IMG/VR virus record: IMGVR_UViG_3300033388_000803
Coordinates: 343 to 64,342 of that record
Direction: 5' to 3' (one strand)
Length of the DNA stretch: 64,000 nucleotides
From: a virus
Lineage: Duplodnaviria; Caudoviricetes
Made by a program: the position numbers and the translations under genes. Numbering within the stretch: the stretch's first letter is position 1; each line of letters starts with the position of its first letter. Shown in pieces: positions 29,701 to 41,700 of this stretch. The notes beneath the pieces are model-generated. The model was given only the letters and a program-made list of their open reading frames with translations, had not been told where the DNA came from and did no database searches.

Positions 29701-31723
29701 TACAGAAGTTCAAATTGAAGTAAATAGAAATAATAATTTTATGGCTTTTGAAACTAAAGCTGCTGTGTCTGATGCAGATTTATTTTTTGAGTCTTCTGAA
29801 TCTTACTCTATAAAACCAGATATTAATGGAGACTTAGCTCACTTTTCTAATAATAAAACAGGAGCACAAAATCAGGTTATTTCAACCAACACTCCAGCTA
29901 TTATTGAATTACCATTTTCTGATTGTTATAGTTTTGGTAATGGTATTGAAAGTTTCAGATATAAAGATCTTTCTACTTCTAACTTTTTTGTTATAGGAGA
30001 AAGGGTTTCTGCTGTTAGTAACACTTTGTTTGAGGAAGCAGATAGATTTGCTGGACTAACGTATAGTGGTGTTTTTAGCGGCCCATCTAATGTAAATAAT
30101 TTAAACGAATTTAATTTAGGGCTAGTAAACTTTAAAGACTGTGAATTAGTATATGGGCCTATAATGAAATTACACGCAAGACAAACAGATATATTAGTTT
30201 TACAAGAAGATAGAATATCATATGTTTTAGCTAACAAAAACTTAATAAGCGACTCTACTGGTGGGGGAGCTATAGTTTCTGTTCCAGAAATATTAGGGCA
30301 ACAAATAGCAAGAATAGAGGAGTATGGTATAAGCTTTAACCCAGAAAGTTTTACAAGCTGGGGGAGAGATATGTACTTTAGTGACACAAAAAGAGGAGCG
30401 GTAATAAAGTTGACTGGTGCTGGATTGGAAAGCGATACACTTGAGGTTGTGTCAGCTTTAGGAATGAGGTCTTATTTTAGAAATAAATTTGCGGATCAAT
30501 TAAACACACAAAAGCTTGGAGGCTATGACCCTTATATGGATGAATATGTTTTTTCCACAAACAATAAATTAGTTCCATTCCCTGTGCCAAATATAGAGTG
30601 TGGTACTCAAATTCAAAAAACCAACACCTCTTCACCATTAAGTTTTGTCGTAGATGTAACGGTAGCGACAGGAACTTTTGATATTGTTATTAATCCTGTA
30701 GGGTCTATGGATGTAAATGTTGTAGTTGTATACAATAATATTACCACAACAAATAATAATTTAACAGGGCCTACTACTATTTCTATAACTAAAGCCCAAC
30801 AATATCCAACTACCGCAACAGTAACGGTTACACCTAACGAGGAATCATCATTTAGGTTGTTTCCAAATTGCGTAGCTACACAAACATTAAATGTAGTGTC
30901 GGTTGTTTTAGGGTCGCCAATAAGTGGATTAATAGGAACTGGTGCTCAAACTATACATTATGAGTATAGTTGGACAAATGGTTCTTTTACAAGCCCGTTA
31001 GAGTCAAATCAAGTAACATTTAGCGGAACAGAAAATGTAAGCGAGTATATTATAAATACAGGACAAACCTCAATAGGCATGTATCCAGGTACTGGATCTA
31101 CAGTTACAATGAGAAGTAATAAAATTAATCCAGACACTTTTGTTTTTACAGACACAGAAAACAGGTTCTATGCAATAACAAGTAATTCGTTACCAGCAAC
31201 ATCTGGAGCTACATTTGATTTAACATTATTAACCAATCCATTAGCACCAATAGTAGGCTCTAATCCTGACCCTGTAACTAATGTAGATAATATTTATACA
31301 GCTATATCCCCAGCTCTTAATATAACATCAAGTACACAAACACTTTATTTAGTTTGGGACTTTAGAGATAGAAGAAATGAAGATTTTTGTTACTCAACAA
31401 TAGATGCAACTGACGCTTGTATAGGATGTACACCAGTATCAGGTTGTACAGAGTTTTCATCATCCGATGTGCAAGGGTCGTTTCCACAAGCTTGTAATGG
31501 TGGGGCTGGTATACCTATGAGATCAACTAATTTTTTCCATGACGGTACGGGAACTTTCCCACAAGTAGGAGATAAGGTTTACAAAACTCCAGGGCCTAAC
31601 CCAACAATACCTTGTAATCAAGGAGTTATAGCAGACCCTGGATATTATTATTTACAAAATGGAGATATTATGTTTATACAATCTATAACCTCTAATGTGA
31701 CAAGCATTTTACCTTGTCCTTAA
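26771..31723 (+). CDS. tail stabilization/muzzle protein, N-terminal part
   Basis: GKMNKSVDERL.P.GQY.DALNVR, LFFTDD.NPPRKIN, YGISFNPESF, GGYDP motifs. Confidence 0.8.
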   Translation: MDINTNFIAGKMNKSVDERLIPKGQYIDALNVRLGSTETTEIGAVENSKGNTILTDIGYQGVTLSSNATCIGAFEDGVNENIYWFVHDPTSALSASGKIDMILSYNVSGQSTTYHVVSETVLNFNPLYLITGIDLIEDLLFFTDDINPPRKININRNYPEPNVSGDQITEEELNVIVKPPGFSSYTNSLGVVEEELPAPTLVLSNVVGDENYIKDKFICFAYRYQYRENEYSATSLFTTPSFEPGLFKYDKANQNNAGMENVYNSVDITFNTGGSLVIAIELLFKESATNTINVIERFDKSDLGWSDNDQQTFRFTNSKIYTVLGSDELLRLYDNVPRFAKSQTIMGNRLIYGHYIDQYDIETADGQQIPIDFRTTGSSVGIESEVVSFDLLGIGDANQIDPAVGTSFFVPFSYGRWNLPSSNIPLPILKNAEFNVKVKITSTAAYAPGAPGYLDLGGDTADPLFPTGFKTNTLSSQPEISVRIIARNNYATYIDFTNSLEFQEAFGVGVPGTPGSTITPITPGASYGFSLSDQFYALIQPPTTPTYAVDYVFKTAGKWDPGSGAPIPAQEGYKMESFSTGVRLQQPSVQYQYDDGVGNIVNVYEYFAFSVTSITVAGPPAIGTSTDCTISFSNISNSASLHSNRNFETGIMYMDDYGRSTTVLVSPNNTVFFPAADSVSINTIIATVNNKPPFWASRYKFFVKPSLGAYNIIYSDAIFTDQFDQGLAWVRLEGDATSIVNKNDILTVKIQSDGQVVPRLVTTTVLEVEAKNRGGTGTGQDNNLPAGAPAGLYMLIRPQGFRASTSANALIDNGYKSVDATSGFGTVEYPCFTTDSAGNPLVYNLPQGSEVSLTFRTWRGYAWFAKCDMNYETVPFKFEVTASSTAQNLKDFFDQEGINPNNFMQNTECVDDMKAVYYPTQYAIGQGPSDSSSLIPELQFWFTSDNYSSSSSELFLNVRSIFPVATGFLRTDIRPVNTEVQIEVNRNNNFMAFETKAAVSDADLFFESSESYSIKPDINGDLAHFSNNKTGAQNQVISTNTPAIIELPFSDCYSFGNGIESFRYKDLSTSNFFVIGERVSAVSNTLFEEADRFAGLTYSGVFSGPSNVNNLNEFNLGLVNFKDCELVYGPIMKLHARQTDILVLQEDRISYVLANKNLISDSTGGGAIVSVPEILGQQIARIEEYGISFNPESFTSWGRDMYFSDTKRGAVIKLTGAGLESDTLEVVSALGMRSYFRNKFADQLNTQKLGGYDPYMDEYVFSTNNKLVPFPVPNIECGTQIQKTNTSSPLSFVVDVTVATGTFDIVINPVGSMDVNVVVVYNNITTTNNNLTGPTTISITKAQQYPTTATVTVTPNEESSFRLFPNCVATQTLNVVSVVLGSPISGLIGTGAQTIHYEYSWTNGSFTSPLESNQVTFSGTENVSEYIINTGQTSIGMYPGTGSTVTMRSNKINPDTFVFTDTENRFYAITSNSLPATSGATFDLTLLTNPLAPIVGSNPDPVTNVDNIYTAISPALNITSSTQTLYLVWDFRDRRNEDFCYSTIDATDACIGCTPVSGCTEFSSSDVQGSFPQACNGGAGIPMRSTNFFHDGTGTFPQVGDKVYKTPGPNPTIPCNQGVIADPGYYYLQNGDIMFIQSITSNVTSILPCP

Positions 31724-31735
31724 AAAAACAAAACT

Positions 31736-31903
31736 ATGGCAACAACAGTAACTAAATGGCATGATGGAAGCAACTTTGTTTTTGCATATGCCGTATATGA
31801 TGATCAAGCTCTAACAGTCCCAGCAGCTGATGGGTTTTATCAGTTTGGTGGATATGTAAGACAACAATTAAATGGAAAACTAGAACCTTATACACAATGT
31901 TAA
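31736..31903 (+). CDS. 55 aa beta-module peptide (not in ORF track)
   Basis: MATTVTKWHDGSNFVFAYAVYDDQALTVPAADGFYQFGGYVRQQLNGKLEPYTQC*. Confidence 0.7.
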   Translation: MATTVTKWHDGSNFVFAYAVYDDQALTVPAADGFYQFGGYVRQQLNGKLEPYTQC

Positions 31904-31904
31904 A

Positions 31905-32657
31905 ATGGCAATAAAAGAAACTTTATCATATAGCGATGGAGTAAAAGGATGGCCATCTTTTTATTCTTTTTTACCCGATTATTTAATTGGAATGAATAGC
32001 TTTTTCTATTCGTTTCATCAAGGCCAACTTTATAGACACAATACTAATGAGCTTAGAAATAATTACTATGGTGTTCAGTATAACTCCAATATAACAGGAG
32101 TATTTAATGTTCAGCCACAGACTATTAAATTATTTAAAACAATATCTTTAGAAAGTGACGCTGCCTGGGGTGTGGAAACTTTAGAAACAGATTTAGGAAA
32201 TGGAGATATGTTAAGCACTTATTTTGAGCAAAAAGAAGGTGAGTGGTTTTCTTTTATTAGAAACAAAAGTACAACAGTCAACTTTAAACTAAGATCGGCT
32301 AACGGAATAGGGCAGATTGCAGCTGTTAACGTAGCTTTTGTAGGTATTGATGTAGTGTTTAATGTAAGCCTGGGAAGTATAATTAGTATTGGAGACACAT
32401 TATATCATCAGGTAACCCCAACATCTTCTCGACCTACAGGAATAATTACAGCTATTAATCAAGCAACAAACACAGTAACTATTGCAGTAGTATTAAATAT
32501 GCCCTTAGCAAATCAGTTTGCCTTTTATTATAAAGACCCTGTTGCTGAATCGCATGGAGCTCGTGGATATTTTATGAGATTTAAGTTAGAAAACACAGAC
32601 ACGACTCCAGTTGAACTGTTTTCTGTAGGTAGTAGTGTGATGAAAAGTTATCCATAG
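31905..32657 (+). CDS. tail stabilization/muzzle protein, C-terminal part
   Basis: TLSYS..VKGWPSFYSF.PD, K.FKTISLES, KEGEWF, G.RGYF motifs. Confidence 0.7.
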   Translation: MAIKETLSYSDGVKGWPSFYSFLPDYLIGMNSFFYSFHQGQLYRHNTNELRNNYYGVQYNSNITGVFNVQPQTIKLFKTISLESDAAWGVETLETDLGNGDMLSTYFEQKEGEWFSFIRNKSTTVNFKLRSANGIGQIAAVNVAFVGIDVVFNVSLGSIISIGDTLYHQVTPTSSRPTGIITAINQATNTVTIAVVLNMPLANQFAFYYKDPVAESHGARGYFMRFKLENTDTTPVELFSVGSSVMKSYP

Positions 32658-32664
32658 ATTTTAC

Positions 32665-32672
32665 TATCTTTG
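32665..32672 (+). promoter_or_regulatory. -7 element TATCTTTG
   Basis: TAnnTTTG 5 nt before ATG 32678 (possibly leaderless mRNA). Confidence 0.5.
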
Positions 32673-32677
32673 CATGG

Positions 32678-33079
32678 ATGGCTTTAAATATTAAACCACT
32701 AAGTGATAACGATTATGATGATATATTATGTGGTTGGTGGAAAGAATGGAAATGGACAGCCCCTAAAAAAGATTTTTTACCAGACATGGGGTACATGGTT
32801 TATTATAATGACGAACCAATTTGTGCTGGGTATATGTATATAACTAACTCTAATGTAGTTTTATTAGAGTGGATTATATCTAGCTTTAAATTTAAAGACA
32901 GAAAGATTAGAAAAGAAGCACTATTAATGTTAGTGCAGACGATAACAAGTCTAGCAACAACATTAGAAAAAAAATATGTATATTCACTTTTAAAAAGTAA
33001 ATCTTTAATTGAGATATACCAAGAGTTAGGCTACAAGAAGGGTGATAGTAACACGCAAGAAATGATTAAAATATTATAA
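32678..33079 (+). CDS. GNAT-fold protein preceding ejection proteins
   Basis: 133 aa; PICAGYMY, LEWIIS, Y..LGY motifs; position analogous to T7 gp13. Confidence 0.6.
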   Translation: MALNIKPLSDNDYDDILCGWWKEWKWTAPKKDFLPDMGYMVYYNDEPICAGYMYITNSNVVLLEWIISSFKFKDRKIRKEALLMLVQTITSLATTLEKKYVYSLLKSKSLIEIYQELGYKKGDSNTQEMIKIL

Positions 33080-33910
33080 ATGGCATTAACAACAGCAACA
33101 ATAATAGCACTTGGGGGAGCAGCCGTAGGTGGTGGAATGAATTTAATTCAAGCTGGAAAAGCAAGAGATGCACAAAAGGATGCAGATAGAGCTGCGGCAA
33201 GACTAATGAATGATGCTAAGGCTAAATTACAAAAAAACTTTTACGAGGGACTAAGGATTCCTACTGAAGCATACGATCAAGCCTACGAAGCAAACGCACA
33301 GGCACAAAGAGAAAGTGTTGAGGCATTGCAACAAGCAGATGCAAGAACTTTAGCAGCTGGTGTAGGTAGAGTTGGAGCCTTGTCAAATCAAAATACACAA
33401 CAAATAAGAGCCCAACAAGCACAAGAAATGTTTGAATTAGATAAGTTTAAGCGTGGAGCTCAAGAGGATATGACACAACAGTTAGCACAATTGGATGTTG
33501 CTCAGGCTCAAGATCAAGCTGCAAGAGCTGCACAAGCTGATGAGCAAGTGGGTATGTTACAGGCTGGAGCAGCGAATGCTTTTATTGGTGGTATTACTTC
33601 TGCGGCACAAGCACAAGAATTAAACACAATGAGTAAGGAAGATAAATTATTATCTAAAAATTATGCTGATAACGAAGCTTTATTTAAAGCTCAAGGCATA
33701 GATAGAAATGTGTATTTACAAAATCCAGGTAATTATAAAATAGAAAATGGAAAGCTAACTATTATTAAACCTCCTGTTGTAACAAATAAGAAGGCTAATA
33801 ACAATGTTGTAGTAGAAGATGATACAGAGGTAATGGATTATTTCGAACCAAGTGTTGATTTTGCATTTAATTTTCAAGATAGAATGAACTCATTAAGACC
33901 AAATGGCTAG
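33080..33910 (+). CDS. internal virion/ejection protein 1
   Basis: Gly/Ala-rich hydrophobic N-terminus, Ala/Gln-rich helices. Confidence 0.7.
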   Translation: MALTTATIIALGGAAVGGGMNLIQAGKARDAQKDADRAAARLMNDAKAKLQKNFYEGLRIPTEAYDQAYEANAQAQRESVEALQQADARTLAAGVGRVGALSNQNTQQIRAQQAQEMFELDKFKRGAQEDMTQQLAQLDVAQAQDQAARAAQADEQVGMLQAGAANAFIGGITSAAQAQELNTMSKEDKLLSKNYADNEALFKAQGIDRNVYLQNPGNYKIENGKLTIIKPPVVTNKKANNNVVVEDDTEVMDYFEPSVDFAFNFQDRMNSLRPNG

Positions 33911-35762
33911 AAAAAATATAAACTTTAACACATACGTTGAAAGAGATTTACAAAAAACTACAGTAGATTGGGGAACTGTAGCTAATAAATTAACTGGAGA
34001 TCTATTAAAAATACGAGAAGATAGAGCGGCTGAAAGAGATAAGATAGCCCAAGACACCATTGACGCTACCGACAAGGTAAACGAAATGGAAGAGTATACA
34101 AGTCAGACCTTACAAAATTTAGCATTAGGAATGTCAGGAGATTCAGCAGAATTTTTAAGAGTACAGCAAGATTTATTTAACAGGGGTCTTATTTCGCAAA
34201 CTGAATTAGCACAAAACAAACAGAGAGTTTTGGGTGACTGGCAACAGTTTGGAAACATAAGTAAAAGATGGGAGTCAGATTATGTAGACATGGTTAAGAG
34301 AGCTGATGATGGAGACGCATCTACTTTTGAGGTTTGGTTTAATAAACAAAATGCTGAGTTTGGTAACTTAAAAGGTGTAACTGGTTTTGTAAATCCCCAA
34401 ACAGGAACGCTTTCTTTGCTTAGAAGAGATGGTAATGGAAATGTTTCAGACGATCCTTCACGCCATGTAAGCTTGAACCAGTTACAAAATAGATTTAACA
34501 CACAAATACAAAACGTATCTAAAGATAATGCTATTGATAAAGACCTTAAAGAGTCAGTTAATCAGTTAGGAAAATTAGTTGTTGCAACTTTAACTACTAC
34601 AGGTGAGGGAGATGATAAAAGACCAGATGGTGGAGTGTTGACTGTTGAAGGACAAAAACAGGCAATGGAGACAGATGAAATTAAAAAATACATTCAAGGT
34701 ACAGTAAATGGATTTTTGTCTAATGACTATAAAATATTTAGTGTACTAGGAGACATTGTAGGTAAAGATAAAAATGGTAATAAGTATGAGCCAACAACCA
34801 GTCTTACTGAAGCAAAAAACGATCCTTCTAAAGTTCTTGTAAGATATGATGAGAGTACAGGAATGCCAGTTCCAGTTGAGGACGCACCAAACTGGGCGGA
34901 TCAAAAAGATGTTGCTGAAAAGGCTGTTAAAAACAGAATGCTTGTAATGCTAGATGACGTAGAGGCAATCAAGCCAGGTGAAACTCTTACTGATTATCAA
35001 AAACAATTACTTGAATTAAAAAGAAGACAGTTAGATCAAGATGATGAAAATATAAATAATGCTATAGACGAGGAGTATGATATGATTAAATACTCACCAG
35101 CTGTATATGGTAGAGATAAATCTAAGAATCAAGTAATGAACGGTATGAGTGCAGCTGATTATATTGATGATAAGCTAGATGAAAACATTACTAAGACTGT
35201 ATTTTTTGATCCAGACAAACAGGTTAAAAAAGTATTTACCAATGTTATTCAAGGAGTGCTAGATCCAAATATGTTTACTGATTTAGAAAGAGGTGAGTAT
35301 CCAGGACAAAAACCTTTCAATCTCCAGTATCGAGATGATGGATCAGACAGATTAGTGGTTGAGTTTGGAGATAGAACTATAACTTATCCACCATTGAAAG
35401 GAGATGATATGTTAAAAGAAAGACCTTTTGATAGAAGTACAGGACAGTATGCTAAAAACATACAGTTGGTGGGTGCTAATGAAGATGATATGAAAACTGC
35501 TAATAGTGGCAAAATACCAGCAGGTTTTTACGGAGTTGACACTACTGGAGATGGTAAAATAGATACGTTTAAGCCAGGGCTTGATAACTACAATACTGGA
35601 GGTAAAGGTGCTAATCAAGATATGTATGACAAAACAAGTGAAATGTTTGATTATGTAAGAAGAAACTTAATCGACCCTGTAGATCAAAACTTAAGAAAAT
35701 TACAGAAAGAAAAGTATGACGAAAAGTCTAAAAAAAGAAAAAGAAAATTACCAGGAATATAG
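33903..35762 (+). CDS. internal virion/ejection protein 2
   Basis: 619 aa helical; synteny. Confidence 0.65.
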   Translation: MARKNINFNTYVERDLQKTTVDWGTVANKLTGDLLKIREDRAAERDKIAQDTIDATDKVNEMEEYTSQTLQNLALGMSGDSAEFLRVQQDLFNRGLISQTELAQNKQRVLGDWQQFGNISKRWESDYVDMVKRADDGDASTFEVWFNKQNAEFGNLKGVTGFVNPQTGTLSLLRRDGNGNVSDDPSRHVSLNQLQNRFNTQIQNVSKDNAIDKDLKESVNQLGKLVVATLTTTGEGDDKRPDGGVLTVEGQKQAMETDEIKKYIQGTVNGFLSNDYKIFSVLGDIVGKDKNGNKYEPTTSLTEAKNDPSKVLVRYDESTGMPVPVEDAPNWADQKDVAEKAVKNRMLVMLDDVEAIKPGETLTDYQKQLLELKRRQLDQDDENINNAIDEEYDMIKYSPAVYGRDKSKNQVMNGMSAADYIDDKLDENITKTVFFDPDKQVKKVFTNVIQGVLDPNMFTDLERGEYPGQKPFNLQYRDDGSDRLVVEFGDRTITYPPLKGDDMLKERPFDRSTGQYAKNIQLVGANEDDMKTANSGKIPAGFYGVDTTGDGKIDTFKPGLDNYNTGGKGANQDMYDKTSEMFDYVRRNLIDPVDQNLRKLQKEKYDEKSKKRKRKLPGI

Positions 35763-35765
35763 GAA

Positions 35766-38700
35766 ATGAACAACGAAGCTATTAAAAAATTATACGAAGC
35801 TTTAGCTGCTGATTATGAATTAGGCAGTATAGAGGAATTTACCGCTTATCTTCAAGATGATAATAAGCGTAAGTTGTTTTACGAGCAAGTTATTGAACCA
35901 AATTTTGAGATTGAAAGTTATGAAGTTTTTGAACAAGCCTATGGCTTAAAAAAAAAAGACGTATCCGAACCTACTGGGGATCAGGAGCCTATGGAATCTC
36001 CTTCACAACCAAATCAAGATCCTTTTTCTTCGGACTCTTCAAACGAACCAACAGCCCCAATAGATCCAACAACGGGACTTCCATTTAAGGATGATGATAC
36101 TCAGGTAATAGAAGAAGATATTAGTATCGATGATATTGAAGGGGGTGATACTGGAATTACCAGTATAAATCCCGTAGAAAGAGATCAAACTACAGAGCTA
36201 TACAACAGAGGAGAATTTTTTATAGAAGGTTCTCAAGAAAAAGATACATACCTAGAACAGTTAGTAGGTAAAAATTCCGTAACCGATCTTATTGGAGATA
36301 TATATCGTGCTGGTAAACAAGGACTTATGCAGGGTAACACAGCTGATGAGGCAGCTTCTTTAATGATTAGTGGTAGTGATGCTACTGATGAGCAGGTAGA
36401 AGCGTTTTTGCAATCTCAAGAAGCATTACAAAATCAAGGAACTACAGATGAGATGATGAATTTTAACAGAATTTATGATCAAGCTGATAATAAGTTTGCT
36501 GGTTTTTTAGAAGCTTTAGCAAAAAACCCGTCAGCTATTTTACAGATAGGTGCACAAACAATTACTCAGTTAATGAACCCTGCATCCTTAGCTGCTGGTG
36601 GGGCCACTATAGCAGCTGGGGCTGCATATGGTGCTGGTACAGGAGCGTTTGCTGGAGGAGTAGGAGCAGCCCCTGGAGCATTAATAGGAGCATTTAATCC
36701 AGGAACATTAAGAACAGCATTTGCTATGGCTTCAGGAGCACTAGAATCTAGCTTGTCATTTGCTGAATTTATAAAAGAAGAGATAGACAAAAGAGATGAC
36801 TTAGAGTTTAATGAAGATGGTATAAAGGCTATTTTAAGAAACGAAGATGCCTTTAATAGAATATGGAGAAAGTCTGTAGGTAGAGGAGCTGCAATAGGTA
36901 TTATAGACAGATTGTCATTAGGAGTAGGGGGCCGAATTATAAAAGCAAAAAAATTAACTGGCAAGGCTGCTGTTGGTACAACATTAGCAACCGAAATGAT
37001 TGGAGGTGGTGTAGGTGAATCGGCAGCTAGGGCGTTGGTAGGACAAGAACAAGATGTAAGAGAGATAGGTTTTGAAACTATTGGAGGTGCTGGTAAGGCA
37101 CCAATAAGTTATGCTATTAATAAAGTATCAGACCCAGTTACAACTCCAATTAAAAAGGCAATGTTAAACAAAGCAGAAAGCTTTTTATTTCCACCAACTT
37201 ATAAGTTAATTGACGCACAAGGTGAAAGTGTTGCTCAAACCAAAGAGGATGTTATTGAAACGATTGACAATACAGACGATGTAACATTTATGGGATTAAA
37301 TTATAAAATCTCTAATGATCCTGAATTGAAAAAAAGATACGATGATAGAAAGATGCGTATTATTACAGGGGAAAATATAAGACAAAAAATAGAAGCTGCT
37401 GGTATAACTAATCAAGCAAATATTGATAAGATAGTTGATTTAGAAATAGAAAAAAACAATTTTATAGGTAACGACACTGAGGCTGGCAAAAAAAGATTAA
37501 AAGAAATAAAAGAAGAGATATCAAAGTTAAGTGGTATAACTGATGACGAAACTGTTACTGATGAGGTTGAGGCCCCAGTAATTGATGGTCTTGGAGGAGA
37601 CGGAAGAAGAGCTGGAAGTAATACGGTAGTTTTAAATGATGATGGTACTATAATTTTAAATACATTTGATAGAGATGGAACGAATACTACTAGAAATAAA
37701 AAATTACCACAAAGAGTTATAGACAAACAAAATTCAGAACGTAAAGGAAAAAAATCTTTAAAAGGAGTTCAAAGCAAAGTAAGCGACAGAGTATATATTG
37801 TAGAAGACCAAGAGAGTAAAGGGAGACCTGATGAGGCTTATTCCGAAAAATATGCTGAGGGGTATAGTGCACGAACAAAAGATAAAGACGGTAATCTTAA
37901 TAACAAAGAGGCTAATGAAAAAGTATTAATTACAAGAGCTGAAAATGCTGCTAAGGCAATGGCTAAACTTTTACCAGGAACCAATATCGTACTGCACAAA
38001 ACACAAAAGAGTTATCAAAGAGGTTATGGGTTTGGAAGTAACCCATCTTCAAGGGGTCACTACAGTTCGTCTTCAAATGACATTCATATTAATATGCCAT
38101 ATGCAACTGAACAGACTATTGCACACGAAGTTTTTCATGCCTTATTAGCAAACCAGTTTGCCAAGCTAACTAATGTTACTAAAAATATGGCGGAGACTTT
38201 AAAAAGACAAATTAAAGATCCAAAACTTAGTAAGGAAATAGATACATTCATAAAAATGTATAAACCAAAACAGCGTAATGAAGAAGTTCTTACAAAGTTT
38301 ATAGGTAAAATGGCACAAAATTTTGACACCTTAAAGGCACCTGAGAAAAAAACAGTTAAGACATGGGTAGAAAAAGTAGTAGACTTTTTTGCTCCGTCTA
38401 CTCCTGAAATAAAAGAAGTAACAAGAGATTTTGTAGCTACTGATGAAAATTTAAAAGAACTTTTAACGTCTCTAGCTGAAGACATAACACAAGGTACTGA
38501 AGTTGAAAGTGTTGACTTTAGTGCATTTGATGTTGCAGATATGGGTAGACCAGTTGAGGGAGCTGACGGGCCGATACCGAGTAATATAAATAATGAGGGG
38601 CCACCTATAGAAGTTAATGCAGAGCAAATAGATAGAGGAGGTATTGATGTAAACACCATCAAGAGAGGTGATATAAATGAACTAGAAGGAGCAAATGCTT

Positions 38701-41700
38701 TTGTTTTTGCAGCAGACCAAGCAACATACGGTATGATTGAAAGTCCATCAGGAACTAGATTTATGTTTAATGGTGGGTTTATGTATCCATACGGTTCACA
38801 GTCACAGGGTGGTAATTCAGCATGGGTTTTTTCTAACGAGACAGCTGCAAAAAAAGTTTTACAAAAAATAACATCAAGTGACGGTGTTGGTTTGGTTATG
38901 TCACAAGCACCAGCAGGAGTATCAGGCAACCTACAGTTTTATGATTTCTTAAATGCAGAGATAGCAAACGCAATAGAAAAAGGAGCTTCACCTAAAGAAA
39001 TGGTTGACTTTATAAATCAGAAACTAAAGCTGACAAAAGTTGCACAAGGGCTACAAAAGAAAGGTTTGCCAACACAAATTAAAGACTATCAAGAACTGCA
39101 AGATTTATTTAAAACAACAAATTTTGAAGTAAGAGGCGAGTTTGCAAGAACATTTATGAGTAAAGAATCTTTTGAAAAATTTGGAATATATCCATTTTCT
39201 CCTCTTAAAACTATTGATGGTAATATAGAAAGTATTGTTAATGACCCAGCATTAAAAAACATAAACTACGGTGATGTAGTGTCAGCCATTCAGTTTGATA
39301 AAGATGGCGAGGTGGTAAGATTAAATGAAGATGATCCTGGATATCACCCAGCTTATCCTTTTTCTTTACCAGGGAAACCTATTATGGTATTTAACAATGG
39401 TATAGACGTAAGAAATATTTATCCTAAAGCAAAACCAGCTAACCCTAAAATGAATCAAACACCTTTAGGAGAAAGAGGTAAAAGTGTTGCGGCTCGATCA
39501 GCTATGGGTGGTCAATACATATCTAATGTTCCAAAAGATGTACAATCAGAAGATGCGTCTATAGATATATCACAAGAAAAAATAGATAAGAAAAAAATAA
39601 TAGGTAAGAAAAAAACTACAGAAGAAACTCAAACAAAAGATGAAAACCAAACTTACTTATTTATATCTCAAGACCCCCAGTTAGTTGCAGAAGTAGAGAC
39701 AAATATTTTAAAAGGATTAAATCAAGGATTCAAAAAAGGTTTAGGAACAATAAGAGAATATTTAAAAACTTTAAAAAACGATGGTAGGCTTGGCAATAAA
39801 GAAGTAGGTAAAATATTAGAGCTTGTTGTTGAGGAAGATGCTTTTGCAAATAAAGAGGCAAGAAATGAAACGGTAGATAAAATTAAAAAAATACTTACTA
39901 ATGCCGACAAACAAGCTGAATTTAGTAAGTTAAGAACTAAAGCAAAAAGAGCTGCTAAAAATTTAAAAAGAAGTATTGGTAGAATTATTTCAGACGCTAT
40001 TAGTGGTAAAGACGTAACTCTAGAAAGTTTACTTAGAGATGTGGTTACTATAGACCCGTCAGTAGTACCAGAAGAAGTGTATCAAGATTATAAAGATATA
40101 ATAGAAGGTTTAGGCGATAGACTTGTAATGTTAGACAATGCCGAGGACGCTGGTTTGGTTGCTGTAAAATCTCGTAGGGTATTAGAAGCCATGAATAATG
40201 TATACTCTAGAATACCTCAGCTGATAGCTTTATTCTTAGACAATGTAATTATAAGTCCAAAGGGAACTGTGGCTTATAAAAAAACTATAGACTTTTTATT
40301 AGAGAATGATTTAATAACAGAAAGTGATGTTTCTATTATGAGAGTATATAGAGACACAATAAACCCTAGAGTAAAGACTGTAAAGACTGATAAACAAAAA
40401 GCAGCTGAAAGAAAAAAACTTATTGAAGGAATTAAAAAAATTAAAATAAAGAAAGAAAGAATAGATTCGGGATTAACATCATTTCCTTTTAGAAAAACAA
40501 GAGAGGATATCAGAGAGTTTATAAAGTTAATTAAAGATCAAAAGGCTTTGGAAGGGTTACCTAATGAAGACTTAAATAATATAATTAGACTTGCCAACAC
40601 TATTAATAATGGTTATGCCCCAGGTATAATGTCTAGATTAATATCTAAAATAAAAGCTCAAAGAGATGCAGCTCCAATTATTAGTGATATAAAAAGTAAA
40701 AAACTAAAGCTACCAACTGTAGAGGGTATATATTCTAAGCTTAAAACCTTTAATCCTTTTAATAAGCAATCTAAATTTTATAACGCATTAGAAAGAGGAC
40801 AGCTTTTTAACATAGACAGATTGTTTGGAAATTTTGACACAAAGAAAATGTTTAATGCTTTCTTTAATGACATGGCTGTTAACCAACAGCAAATGGAAGT
40901 TAGTAATAAAAAAGAAAGTAAATTAAGAGATAATGCTAGAAAACTGTTAGAAAAAGCATACACTAAGTTAGGAGTTGTTTCACAAAACAAGGTTGCTGAA
41001 GCTGATGCAAGACTAATGTTTTATAGAATACAACTCGAGTATGATACAAATAGACTTACAGATAAAAAAGTAAAACCAGCAATAGAATGGTTAGATGCCA
41101 CTATTCAATACTTAGAGGCCAACCAACTATACGATCCTCAAAGCAAAAGAGAGGTTGAAGTATTAAAAAAGATTAGAAAAGACTATGATAAAAAAGATGT
41201 TAGTGTAAGTAGTATATATAACAAGTTTAATAAAGAAGAAAAAGAGGCTTTAAAAATATTACAACAAATTGATATTGATAACACAGCAAAGGCAGTATAC
41301 GCTGCTCAACAAAGAGACGCTGCATTTATAGCACGACAAAACTATACACACATATCTGTAAGGCCAAAGAGTAGAGAGAGAGTCGATATAAATAAAGATG
41401 TAATAAATGACTTTATAAATAGCACAGACGCAAACAGAAGACCATCTACAAAATCTAAGTCAGGAATTGAAAGAACAGGATTAGTAAGTCCGATTTATAC
41501 CAGTGCAATAAACGCATCAGAGAGAGGATCTAAGTTTACAAATTTAGATTACTACATGACTACACCAGTTAGAAAAGCTAAACAAACATTTAAAGCGTTG
41601 AAAGATAAGCTTATAGAAGACTATAAAGGAAGTCCACCAGCAGAAGTTCAAATGTTTTTAGACTCTTTGGATAAAGGAATTAGTCAGTCAGTTCAAAATG

